Assembly (NCBI GenBank): GCA_963799815.1
Contig: CAWCYG010000007.1
Coordinates: forward strand, 117,019 to 181,018
Origin: an uncultured Solirubrobacterales bacterium
GTDB taxonomy: Bacteria; Actinomycetota; Thermoleophilia; Solirubrobacterales; 70-9
Length of the DNA stretch: 64,000 bases
Reading direction: 5' to 3'
Made by a program: the position numbers and the translations under genes. Under the pieces are notes generated by a model that saw only the letters and a list, made by a program, of their open reading frames with translations, was not told where the DNA came from and did no database searches. Shown in pieces: positions 37,603-45,890 of the stretch (its first letter is position 1; each line of letters opens with the position of its first letter).

Positions 37603-38463
37603 GTGCCCACAGCTCCCGTTCGCGAAATCGACGTCATGCACCTTGGTAACGATCGGGTCATCGCTGCCCACGAGGTCGACGGCGCCATCGTCGATCCCGG
37701 CCCTGAGTCCAGCCTGGAGAGGTTGCTCGACGGGATGGACGGGCGCGAGCCGCGCTGCCTGCTCCTCACCCACATCCACCTCGACCACGCGGGTGCGAGC
37801 GGCGCCCTGGTACGTCGCTTCCCAGGCCTGCTCGTCTACGTCCACGAGGTGGGCGCCCCGCATCTTGAGGATCCGGCCAAGCTTCTTGCGAGCGCGGGGC
37901 GCCTCTACGGTGATCGCATGGAGGAGCTCTGGGGGGAGGTGGTGCCGGTTCCGGAGGCAAATATCGCCACCCTGCGCGGTGGCGAGAGCATCGAGGGCTT
38001 CCGCGTCGAGTACACGCCCGGTCACGCCAGCCACCATGTCTCCTACCTCCACGAGGCGACGGGCGATGCCTTCGTGGGCGACGTCGCCGGGGTGCGCATC
38101 CCACCTTCCAAGGCAACGATGGCGCCGACTCCGCCCCCCGACATCGACCTCGAGGCTTGGGGGCGCTCGCTTGAGCTCGTTGCCTCCTGGCGCCCGGAGC
38201 GCCTTCGGCTGACCCACTTCGGGGCCGTGGACGACCCGCCTGCGCAGCTGGCCGCCCTCCGCGAGAGCCTGCTGCGATCTGCAGAGCGGGCCCGCGCACA
38301 GGACCGCGAGCGGTTCGTCGCCGAAACCGAGCAGGAGATCGCGGCGGCGGGAGACGATGAGGTGGCGCTCAGATTCGTCCAGGCAGCGCCGCCGGATCAG
38401 CTCTGGATGGGGCTGAACCGTTACTGGCAGAAGGCCGCGGATAGCTCCGCGGCAAGCAGCTAG
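37603..38463 (+). CDS. MBL-fold metallo-hydrolase
   Basis: 286 aa. It has the HxHxDH motif (LLTHIHLDHAGA) and a later TPGHASHH. Confidence 0.85.
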   Translation: MPTAPVREIDVMHLGNDRVIAAHEVDGAIVDPGPESSLERLLDGMDGREPRCLLLTHIHLDHAGASGALVRRFPGLLVYVHEVGAPHLEDPAKLLASAGRLYGDRMEELWGEVVPVPEANIATLRGGESIEGFRVEYTPGHASHHVSYLHEATGDAFVGDVAGVRIPPSKATMAPTPPPDIDLEAWGRSLELVASWRPERLRLTHFGAVDDPPAQLAALRESLLRSAERARAQDRERFVAETEQEIAAAGDDEVALRFVQAAPPDQLWMGLNRYWQKAADSSAASS

Positions 38464-38482
38464 GGGCTACCCTGAGGAGGCC

Positions 38483-39175
38483 ATGAGTTCTCGCAGGGGG
38501 CATCTCAGGCTGCGTTACGGCGCTGGAGCACTAGTGCTCGCGCTGTGCGGGGCCCTGGCCGCATCCGCGTTCGGCTTCGTGGACGTCTACAAGAACCCCC
38601 TCAAGAAGACCAGCCAGTACAGGGAGCTGAAGAAGGCCGGTAAGGGCAGTCGCTGCTCTCGTGCCTTCTCGAAGAAGCGTGGCGTCATGGAGATCACCGT
38701 CGAGTCGGCACCGAAGGTCTGCGGCTTCAAGCCTCCGGTCCAGGGCGACACCGCGAAGCCTAATCATCGTTTCGACGCTGTCGGCAGGATCAAGAAGACG
38801 ACCAACTCCAACATTCGCGATGACGCCTATCTCACGGCCTCGGTTCGAGTCGGCGGCGGCAAGCGCTTCGAGCTGCGCGTGTTCCCGAAGGGCAAGGAGT
38901 TCAGCCTCCGTCGCCAGCCCGGCGGAGGAAGCTTCCCGGTGAACGGCACCAATCCCGCGATTGGCGGGATCGGCAAGCAGAACGTCCTCCGGCTCACGGC
39001 CGAGGGCGACAACATCAAGGCCCACGTAAACGGCGCCCTGGTCGGCGACGTGACCGACGCCGGCGGCGACGTCATCGGCCGCACGCTGGAATTCGGGGTC
39101 GGGAGCGCGGCGAACTCCCAGAAGGACACCCATGGCAACTTCGATCGCATGAAGCTGTCGGTCCCCGACCCGTAG
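38483..39175 (+). CDS. Secreted protein, possible concanavalin-A/LamG-like jelly-roll (DUF1080-like)
   Basis: It has a signal peptide (LVLALCGALAASAFG). The beta-rich C-terminal part reads NVLRLTAEGDNIKAHVNGALVGDV. The family call is tentative. Confidence 0.5.
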   Translation: MSSRRGHLRLRYGAGALVLALCGALAASAFGFVDVYKNPLKKTSQYRELKKAGKGSRCSRAFSKKRGVMEITVESAPKVCGFKPPVQGDTAKPNHRFDAVGRIKKTTNSNIRDDAYLTASVRVGGGKRFELRVFPKGKEFSLRRQPGGGSFPVNGTNPAIGGIGKQNVLRLTAEGDNIKAHVNGALVGDVTDAGGDVIGRTLEFGVGSAANSQKDTHGNFDRMKLSVPDP

Positions 39176-39210
39176 ACCCAACTGCCTCCCTCACGTCGCA
39201 TTCGCCCGTC

Positions 39211-39501
39211 TTGACGACCGAGACGATTGAGCGTCCCCGGACCTCGGGCCCGGATTCCGGACTGGGGGGGAACTGGCAGGTGATCGTCCTAAACGACAAT
39301 CACAACACGTTCGATCATGTGGCGAAGACGCTGGCCGGCGTGATCCCGGGGGTGAGCGTCGACAAGGGGTACCGATTTGCCGACCGAATCCACGCGAGTG
39401 GGCAGGCGGTTGTCTGGACCGGACCGCGAGAGCCGGCCGAGCTCTATTGGGAGCAGCTGAAAGACGCCGGCCTCACGATGGCACCGCTCGAGCAGCACTG
39501 A
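39211..39501 (+). CDS. clpS: ATP-dependent Clp protease adaptor ClpS
   Basis: 96 aa with a TTG start. Diagnostic sequence: WQVIVLNDNHNTFDHVAKTLAGVIPGVSVDKGYRFADRIHASGQAVVW. Confidence 0.85.
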   Translation: MTTETIERPRTSGPDSGLGGNWQVIVLNDNHNTFDHVAKTLAGVIPGVSVDKGYRFADRIHASGQAVVWTGPREPAELYWEQLKDAGLTMAPLEQH

Positions 39502-39802
39502 GGCTCGGAGCGCGCGCCGCGGGCCGCAGCAGCCGACCGACGGGCCGGGGCTCGCGCTCGCGCAGCTGCTGCAGGCGCAGCTCGAGCAGCTCGCGCAGCT
39601 GCTCGGTCCGGCTGAACGGGTCGGCGATCACCAGGCCCGTATCGAGCCCGATCGCCGCCAGGAGCCGGCCCTCGACCTCGATGCCCAGCAAACCGCCGGT
39701 CGGGACGGGCTGGGAGTCGAGTCCGGCGAGGCGGGTGACGGCTGTAGCGTCGGCCTCGTCGAGTTGCCTGATTGAGAGTGCTGGTGCGGTCTGCGTGTTC
39801 AT
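39473..39802 (-). CDS. Hypothetical 109-aa protein, divergent from the LysR gene
   Basis: The ORF has an ATG start. Its 3' end overlaps the clpS 3' end by 29 nt. I recognise no family. Confidence 0.45.
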   Translation of the reverse strand: MNTQTAPALSIRQLDEADATAVTRLAGLDSQPVPTGGLLGIEVEGRLLAAIGLDTGLVIADPFSRTEQLRELLELRLQQLREREPRPVGRLLRPAARAPSLSAARAVPS

Positions 39803-39915
39803 CCTCTTACCTCCAAACTCTGAAACGAACAGGGCGCCGATTGCGTGAGATTCGGCTTTCAGAACACGGTCTCACGGCTGCCGTATAAGCGCAACATGGA
39901 TTGCTGCTGGGAGTG

Positions 39916-39930
39916 ATAAGCTGAGCTTAT
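39916..39930. promoter_or_regulatory. LysR-type T-N11-A box ATAAGC-TGA-GCTTAT
   Basis: This is a perfect 6+6 inverted repeat. Its last two bases are the first two bases of the LysR ATG (39929). Confidence 0.5.
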
Positions 39931-40861
39931 GCTTGATGTGAAGCGCCTCAGGATCCTCCGCGAGGTAGCGAGCAGGGGATCGTTCTCGGGTGCCGCCGAT
40001 TCCCTCTATCTCTCCCAGTCGGCGGTGAGCCAGCAGGTGGCCACGCTCGAGCGGGAGGTGGGGATGCCGCTGCTCGAACGGACCCGCTCGGGTCCGAAGC
40101 TGACCGAGGCGGGCCGGGCGCTCGTCACGCACACCGACGCGGTGATCTGCCGGCTCGAGGAGGCGGAGCGCGAGCTCGCGGCGATCGCCGGGCTTGAGGG
40201 TGGCCGCCTGCGCCTTGTGAGCTTTCCAAGCGCCGGCGCGACCGTTGTCACCAGGGCGGTCTCGAGCTTTCGCGACCGCTATCCGAACGTCGAGCTCCAG
40301 CTGGCCGAGGCTGAGCCGGAGGACTCGGTACCGGCCCTAAAGAGGGGCGAGTACGACGTCGCGCTCACCTACGACTACGCGCTGATCGCCGAGGACGACG
40401 AAGACCGGGACATCGAGCGACGGTTGCTCCTGGAGGAGGAGCAACAGGTGGCGCTGCCGCACGGTCACCCCCTCGCGAAGCAGAGCAAGGTCAGGATGGA
40501 GGATCTGGCGGGCGAGGACTGGGTGATCGGCGTCTCGAGCGGGACCTGCCGGAATCACCTCATAGCGCTCTGCCGCACGGCAGGGTTCGAGCCGAGGATC
40601 TCGTTCGAGAGCGACGACTACCACGTGCTGTTTGGGCTTGTGACCGCCGGCGTCGGCCTGACCTTGGTTCCCGACCTCGCCCTCGGTGGGCGTGAACCGG
40701 AGTTCGAGCTGCGCCCGCTCTTGCCGACCGCGCCGATGCGGCGCGTCTGGGCCACCGTGCTCGCGGAGGGCTCCAGGGCGCCCGCCACCGACGCAATGCT
40801 CGATGTGCTCGCCGAGGTGGGCGAGCGCTACAGCGCCGGCACGCTGCGCGCCGTTGCCTGA
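39929..40861 (+). CDS. LysR-family transcriptional regulator
   Basis: 310 aa. The N-terminal HTH reads LRILREVASRGSFSGAADSLYLSQSAVSQQVATLEREVG. A LysR substrate-binding domain follows. Confidence 0.9.
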   Translation: MLDVKRLRILREVASRGSFSGAADSLYLSQSAVSQQVATLEREVGMPLLERTRSGPKLTEAGRALVTHTDAVICRLEEAERELAAIAGLEGGRLRLVSFPSAGATVVTRAVSSFRDRYPNVELQLAEAEPEDSVPALKRGEYDVALTYDYALIAEDDEDRDIERRLLLEEEQQVALPHGHPLAKQSKVRMEDLAGEDWVIGVSSGTCRNHLIALCRTAGFEPRISFESDDYHVLFGLVTAGVGLTLVPDLALGGREPEFELRPLLPTAPMRRVWATVLAEGSRAPATDAMLDVLAEVGERYSAGTLRAVA

Positions 40862-40864
40862 CAG

Positions 40865-42382
40865 CTAGCGAGAGCCCGCGGCGCACTCTCGCGCTCCCGA
40901 GCAGGAGCGCATCCGGTCGAGGCGCTGCGCGAGCGATGACTGCAGCACCGCGACGCCACCTGGATCCTCGGCCCACAGGTTGTGCAGCTCGAAGGGGTCT
41001 ACTCGGAGGTCGTAGAGCTCGATCTCGGGCTCGGGGAGAGCGCCGGCCCGGTCTGCGGCGAGCTCGGAGTAGAGGTAGCGCTCGGTGCGTATGGCCGTGT
41101 AGGTGAAGCCATCGTCGAGCTCGACCAGAACCGCGCGGTCTCGGAGCGGACCGTCCTCGCCTGAGAGCAGCGGCCGCAGCGAGATCCCGTCCGGCTCACC
41201 GCAGGCCCGCGGATCGGGGCAGGCCGATGCCTCTGCGAAGTCCAGCAGGGTCGGCGCGAGATCGATATTGGCGACGAGCCGGTCCACCTCCGGGATCCGC
41301 TCGCCCGCGACGAGCGATGACGGCACCCGCATCGCCAGCGGCACCCGCAGCGAGGGCTCATAGGGCAGGCGCTTGTCGTCGTCGAGCCGGTGCTCGCCGA
41401 AGAAGTAGCCGTTGTCCGAAGTGAAGACGAGGATCGTCCGCTCGAGCTGACCGGTTTCCTCGAGGGATGCGACCAGTCGTTCCATCGCGGCGTCCGCGGC
41501 CCGCAGGGCGGCGGCCCCGCAGCGCCAGCGCAGGGTCAGCAGATCCACGGTCTCGGCCGAAAGTGGCGGGAGCTCGCGAATGAAGCCGGGCTTGTCCGAG
41601 GTGTCGAGTTCGTCGAAGCTGGGGGGTCTCGGCAGCGAGTCACCCGCGAACTCCTCGAAGGCTTCGGGCGTGGGGGCTTGAGGCTGGGACGGGCCGCAGG
41701 GCTCGGGGCCCGAGCCGGCGATGTGCGGGGCGTTCAAGGCGAGCCAGAGGAAGAAGGGCGAGCCCTCGCCCTCCTGCGAGACGAACTCGACCGCGCGGCC
41801 GGCGAAGACGCTCGTCGAGTAGTCCTCCTCGCCCGATCCATAGCTGACGCGCTCGCCGTCGTCGCTTACCTCGTAGTCGAAGTAAGCCGGGTAGCCCAGG
41901 TTCGCGAACCACTCGTCCCAGCCCGGGGCCGCCTGGGTGCCGCCGGTGCGCTCGTACTCGTTCAGGTACTTGCCGATGAAGGCGGTCCGATACCCCGCAC
42001 GCTTAAGCCAGACCGGTAACACGGCCTCCTTGTCGCGCAGGAGGCCGTAGCCGGGGACGTTCGCGTCGACGCCGTGATTGTGGGGGTACTGGCCTGTCAA
42101 GAACCCGGCCCGCGAGGGGCAGCAGAGCGGTGGCGTCCCCACGGCCTGGGTGAACACCGTGCCCTCCTCTCGCATCAGGCGCCACGTGAACGGCATGGTT
42201 CGCGGCCCGAAGCTTGCGAGCGTCTGATCGTCGGTCATGACGACGATCAGATTGGGCGCTCCCTGGTCCGCCGGTGCAGCCATCCCGTCCTCGTCTCCGC
42301 CGCAGCCGGCGAAGGCGCCGACCACCAGGGCGAGGGCGAGCAGCGCAGACGGTCCGGGCGCGCCGCGGGCGCGGGGCGTCAG
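40865..42382 (-). CDS. Lipoprotein sulfatase (formylglycine-type, CxPxR), start probably CTG 42382 (GTG 42325 in the ORF track)
   Basis: Diagnostic sequence: NLIVVMTDDQ, PLCCPSRAGFLTGQYPHNHG. The frame upstream of the GTG encodes LTPRARGAPGPSALLALALVVGAFAGC, a complete lipoprotein signal. Confidence 0.85.
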   Translation of the reverse strand: MTPRARGAPGPSALLALALVVGAFAGCGGDEDGMAAPADQGAPNLIVVMTDDQTLASFGPRTMPFTWRLMREEGTVFTQAVGTPPLCCPSRAGFLTGQYPHNHGVDANVPGYGLLRDKEAVLPVWLKRAGYRTAFIGKYLNEYERTGGTQAAPGWDEWFANLGYPAYFDYEVSDDGERVSYGSGEEDYSTSVFAGRAVEFVSQEGEGSPFFLWLALNAPHIAGSGPEPCGPSQPQAPTPEAFEEFAGDSLPRPPSFDELDTSDKPGFIRELPPLSAETVDLLTLRWRCGAAALRAADAAMERLVASLEETGQLERTILVFTSDNGYFFGEHRLDDDKRLPYEPSLRVPLAMRVPSSLVAGERIPEVDRLVANIDLAPTLLDFAEASACPDPRACGEPDGISLRPLLSGEDGPLRDRAVLVELDDGFTYTAIRTERYLYSELAADRAGALPEPEIELYDLRVDPFELHNLWAEDPGGVAVLQSSLAQRLDRMRSCSGARECAAGSR

Positions 42383-42711
42383 TCGGCGACCTCGGCGGTC
42401 GCTTCCACCGCGGCGGCGGCGCCGGCCTCGAGGTTCAGCGAATGCCAGACCCAGAGCACGGGCTTGTTGTAGTAGGTGAGCGCGGCCTCCCGCAGGGAGC
42501 CGATCTCATCCGAAGCCCAGTAGCGGTCGAAGTCGGCCGTGTGCTCCCACACGGAGACCTGCCGGAAATGCAGCGGGTCGTCGATGTTGCGGGTGAGGTA
42601 GCACTCGCGCGCTCCGAACGCCGCTGCCCGCTCGATCGCGGGTGCCCAGGCCTCGAGCCAGCGGTTGGCCCGGAAGGGATGGATTCGCCACTCGATGTAG
42701 TTGACGTGCAC
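42379..42711 (-). CDS. Small ABM/dimeric alpha-beta-barrel-like protein (tentative)
   Basis: GTG at aa 33 of ORF 42379..42807, which avoids overlap with ccr. It reads VHVNYIEWRIHPFRANRWLEAW...FRQVSVWEHTADFDRYW. Confidence 0.5.
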   Translation of the reverse strand: MHVNYIEWRIHPFRANRWLEAWAPAIERAAAFGARECYLTRNIDDPLHFRQVSVWEHTADFDRYWASDEIGSLREAALTYYNKPVLWVWHSLNLEAGAAAAVEATAEVAD

Positions 42712-42733
42712 CTTGGGCGATCCTACCGCTCGG

Positions 42734-44002
42734 CTATGCGCCCACCTCGGCCCAGATCGCGCCCTCGCCATCCTCGTGCTGGCCGTCTTCGTCGGAGGGC
42801 GTACCAACGCGAATCGCGATCTTGCCGGCGTGCTTGTTCTCGTGCATGAGCTGGTGGGCCTCGGGTACGCCGTCGAAATCCATCGCCCGCCACAGCACCG
42901 GGCGGATCTTGCCCTCGGCCATGAGCTCGATGGCGCGCGTGCACTCGTAGGCGTTCGCGAAGTGCGACCCCAGGATCTCCTTCTGCTTCATCCACAGGTA
43001 GCGCACGTCGAAGTCGAGGTTGAAGCCCGAGGTGGCGCCGCAGATGACCACCTTCCCGAATGGCTTTACGGTGAACACCGACGTGGGGAAGGTGGCCTCC
43101 CCGACATGCTCGAAGACGATGTCGGGCGCGTCGCCCAGGATCTCCTTCACCCGCTTTGCGAAACCGCGCGAGGCCTTGAAGCGCTCCTTGTCGGCGGCTG
43201 GGTCGGAGGAGGGGTGATTGTCCTTCGTTCGCATCATCTCGCCGAACTCGTTGCGATTGATGAAGTCGACCGCGCCGAGCTGCGTCACGAGCGCCCCCTT
43301 CGCGTCGGAGCTGACCACGCCGACGGCGTTCGCGCCAGCGGCGGCGCAGAGCTGGGTCGCAAAGACCCCAAGCCCGCCGGCGGCTCCCCAGATCATCACG
43401 TTTTGCCCCGCCTGCAAGCTGCAGCGGTCCATCAGCATGCGGTAGGCCGTGAAGTAGGTGAGCCCGAAAGCGGAGGACTCGACCCACGAGAGGTTGCGGG
43501 GCTTGGGTAGCAGCTGCTGGGCCTGCACCTTCGTGAACTGCGCGAAGGAGCCCCAGGTCGTCTCATACCCCCAGATCATCTGGCTGGGGGCGGCGAGCGG
43601 ATCGAGGCCGTGTACCTCGACGTCCTCGTAGGACGCCTGGTTGCAATGAACGACGACCTCGTCGCCGGGCTCCCATTTGGTCACGCCCTCTCCCACCTTC
43701 CAGACGATCCCGGAGGCGTCGGAGCCGCCGATGTGGTGGCCGAACTCGGGGTGGTCGCCGTAACCGAAGACGGAGACCGGCTTGCCCAGCGCGGCCCAGA
43801 CGTTGTTGAAGTTCACGCCGGCCGCCATGACCCGCACGATCACCTCGAACGGACCGGGCTCCGGAACCTCGATCTCCTCGATCTGGAAGGCGTCCCTGGG
43901 CTCGCCCTCGCGGTCCTCGCGAATCACCCAGGCGGCCATGGTCTCGGGCAGCGTGCCCGGCTCGACATCGAGCTGTGAGACCTCGGATACGTCTGCGGCC
44001 AC
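42734..44002 (-). CDS. ccr: Crotonyl-CoA carboxylase/reductase
   Basis: GTG behind AAGGGGGA (aa 105 of the ORF). It is Ccr-typical throughout (MAAGVNFNNVWAALG, IGGSDASGIVWKVGEGV, VVVHCNQ, IWGYETTWGSFAQFTKVQAQQLLPKP, VICGATSGFNLDFDVRYLWMKQKEILGSHFAN). Confidence 0.9.
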   Translation of the reverse strand: MAADVSEVSQLDVEPGTLPETMAAWVIREDREGEPRDAFQIEEIEVPEPGPFEVIVRVMAAGVNFNNVWAALGKPVSVFGYGDHPEFGHHIGGSDASGIVWKVGEGVTKWEPGDEVVVHCNQASYEDVEVHGLDPLAAPSQMIWGYETTWGSFAQFTKVQAQQLLPKPRNLSWVESSAFGLTYFTAYRMLMDRCSLQAGQNVMIWGAAGGLGVFATQLCAAAGANAVGVVSSDAKGALVTQLGAVDFINRNEFGEMMRTKDNHPSSDPAADKERFKASRGFAKRVKEILGDAPDIVFEHVGEATFPTSVFTVKPFGKVVICGATSGFNLDFDVRYLWMKQKEILGSHFANAYECTRAIELMAEGKIRPVLWRAMDFDGVPEAHQLMHENKHAGKIAIRVGTPSDEDGQHEDGEGAIWAEVGA

Positions 44003-44099
44003 TGGTCCCCCTTCGGAAGGTCGGAAAACGGGCGCCGATGGTAGTGGAGGAGTGCTGTCAGGTTCGCGTCCGGGTCCACGACTACGGTGGTGAGTCCTC

Positions 44100-45377
44100 A
44101 TGGAAGCGAGCGAGACCCCACAACTACCGTTCGAGGGTGGCCGCCCAGGCGGCGAAGGCGTCGTGCGCGCGATCGACGACCGTCTCGTCGTCGAGCGCTT
44201 GGAAGTCAGCGACGAGCGGGCTGCTCGTGTGGTGCGCGAGCGCGCCAAGGCGGGGCAGCCGGGCCCGGAGACGGTGGCGAAGGCGATCGAGATCGGGGCA
44301 CGCGTCCTCGACACCGAGGAAACGGCCGCAAACGTGGACTATGTGCGGGCCGAGTTCGAGCGCCACGCCGGAGCACTCCGCGAACGGCTTGGCAAGACGC
44401 TCGAGGCGGGAGACCAGCAGCTGGCGGAGAGGATCGCCCAAAGCTTTGACAGCGAGCGCGACGGCTCCGTCCAGCGAGAGATCGACAAGCTCTTGGCTGA
44501 GGCGCTCGAGGAACAGCGCGAGCGGATCGTACGGTTGTTCTCGAGCGAGGATGGGGCCAACCCGCTCACCGACTTCAAGGCCGCCGTGGTCCGAGGCTTC
44601 AAGGCGCTCGACGAGCGCCAGCAAAACGAGGGTGAAGCGAACCGCAAGCGCATCGAGGCCCTGCAGCGCGAGATGGTCGAGCTGAAGGAGCGCGACGAGG
44701 CCGACCGCCGGGTCGCCGACGAGGCCGAGCGAGGAACCGCCAAGGGCCGCACCTTCGAGGAGCGCGCGTTTCGGGCGCTCGAGGGCGTCGCGGCGCTGCG
44801 TGGCGACTGCGCTTCACACACGGGTGGCGAAGGCGCGGAGGGCGGCGGCAAGAAGGGCGACGTGCTCGTGGAGCTCGGGGCGGCCGACGGTCCCTCGCTC
44901 GGGCGCATCGTGTTCGAGGTCAAGGACAAGCGGCTCTCCAAGAACGAGGCATGGGCAGAGCTCAACGCCGCGATGAGCGCTCGGGCGGCGAGCTTTGGCG
45001 TCCTGGTCGTCGCCGGCGACGAGCGCGTCCCCGCCGGCCGCGAAACCCTGACCGAGTACGAGGGAAACAAGATGATCGTGGCGGTTGACCGCGAGGAGCC
45101 CGACGGGATCTGCCTGGTCACCGCCTATCGGCTGGCCGCGGCCCGGGTGGCACTGGCGCGCGACACCGATCTCGAGGTCGACGCTGTGGCCGTACGCGAC
45201 ACCGCGGCGGACGCAATCTCCCTGTTGCGCCAGGCGCAGGCGATCCGCTCGACCCTCACGGGCATCAAGACCTCCTCCGACAAGGCGAGGGCCGGCCTGG
45301 ACGGGCTCGTCGCCTCGCTGGAAGAGAAGCTGCGGCGGATCGAATCGCTGGTCGCCGAGGCCGCGCCCGGCGAGTAG
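44100..45377 (+). CDS. Coiled-coil protein with C-terminal PD-(D/E)xK-like nuclease motif (DUF2130/RmuC-like, tentative)
   Basis: 425 aa. The N-terminal half is predicted coiled coil. Then KKGDVLVELG...GRIVFEVKDKRLSKNEAWAELN gives a D...E-x-K pattern. Confidence 0.5.
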   Translation: MEASETPQLPFEGGRPGGEGVVRAIDDRLVVERLEVSDERAARVVRERAKAGQPGPETVAKAIEIGARVLDTEETAANVDYVRAEFERHAGALRERLGKTLEAGDQQLAERIAQSFDSERDGSVQREIDKLLAEALEEQRERIVRLFSSEDGANPLTDFKAAVVRGFKALDERQQNEGEANRKRIEALQREMVELKERDEADRRVADEAERGTAKGRTFEERAFRALEGVAALRGDCASHTGGEGAEGGGKKGDVLVELGAADGPSLGRIVFEVKDKRLSKNEAWAELNAAMSARAASFGVLVVAGDERVPAGRETLTEYEGNKMIVAVDREEPDGICLVTAYRLAAARVALARDTDLEVDAVAVRDTAADAISLLRQAQAIRSTLTGIKTSSDKARAGLDGLVASLEEKLRRIESLVAEAAPGE

Positions 45378-45380
45378 CCG

Positions 45381-45833
45381 CTACGGCAAGAGCAGCTCGT
45401 CCTTGGAGCTCTCGCGCTCGGGCCCAACCTTGACCTGGGCGGGCCTCGCGTCGGAGCGCTCGCCCCCGTTCACCTCATAGTCCCCCTGGCTCACGTCGGC
45501 CTTGAGGTTGCCGACGCCGCCCGGGGGGATCTCGCCGGACGCCTGATTGTCCTCGGAAGCCGGGCCGACAAGCGTGAGGCTGACCGGGTCATCGGACTGG
45601 TTCGAGACCGTGAAGTTCACGATCCCGGCTCCGAATGAGTCGGGCGAGACGACGACCTTCTCGCGATCGATCTTCGCCGTCACCACGATCGGGGCCGCCG
45701 GTCGCGGCTCGTTGGCGAAGTCGCTGTCATCGCCGCATGCCGCGAGCAGAAGCGGTGCGGCCGCAAGGGCGGCGAGGCGTCTGACCCTGGCCGTGCGTAG
45801 TCCGCTCGAGCGGAAAGCCTCCCTCGTGCCCAT
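45381..45833 (-). CDS. Lipoprotein, Ig/cupredoxin-like beta-sandwich without copper ligands
   Basis: It has the lipobox LLLAAC. VVSPDSFGAGIVNFTVSNQSDDPVSLTL resembles EfeO-N/cupredoxin-like domains. No Cys/His/Met ligand set is present. Confidence 0.5.
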   Translation of the reverse strand: MGTREAFRSSGLRTARVRRLAALAAAPLLLAACGDDSDFANEPRPAAPIVVTAKIDREKVVVSPDSFGAGIVNFTVSNQSDDPVSLTLVGPASEDNQASGEIPPGGVGNLKADVSQGDYEVNGGERSDARPAQVKVGPERESSKDELLLP

Positions 45834-45890
45834 CTCGACGCCGAACCCTACGGGAAAGCCCTCGGGCCCCGCGCCGGGCGGGGAGCCTGC

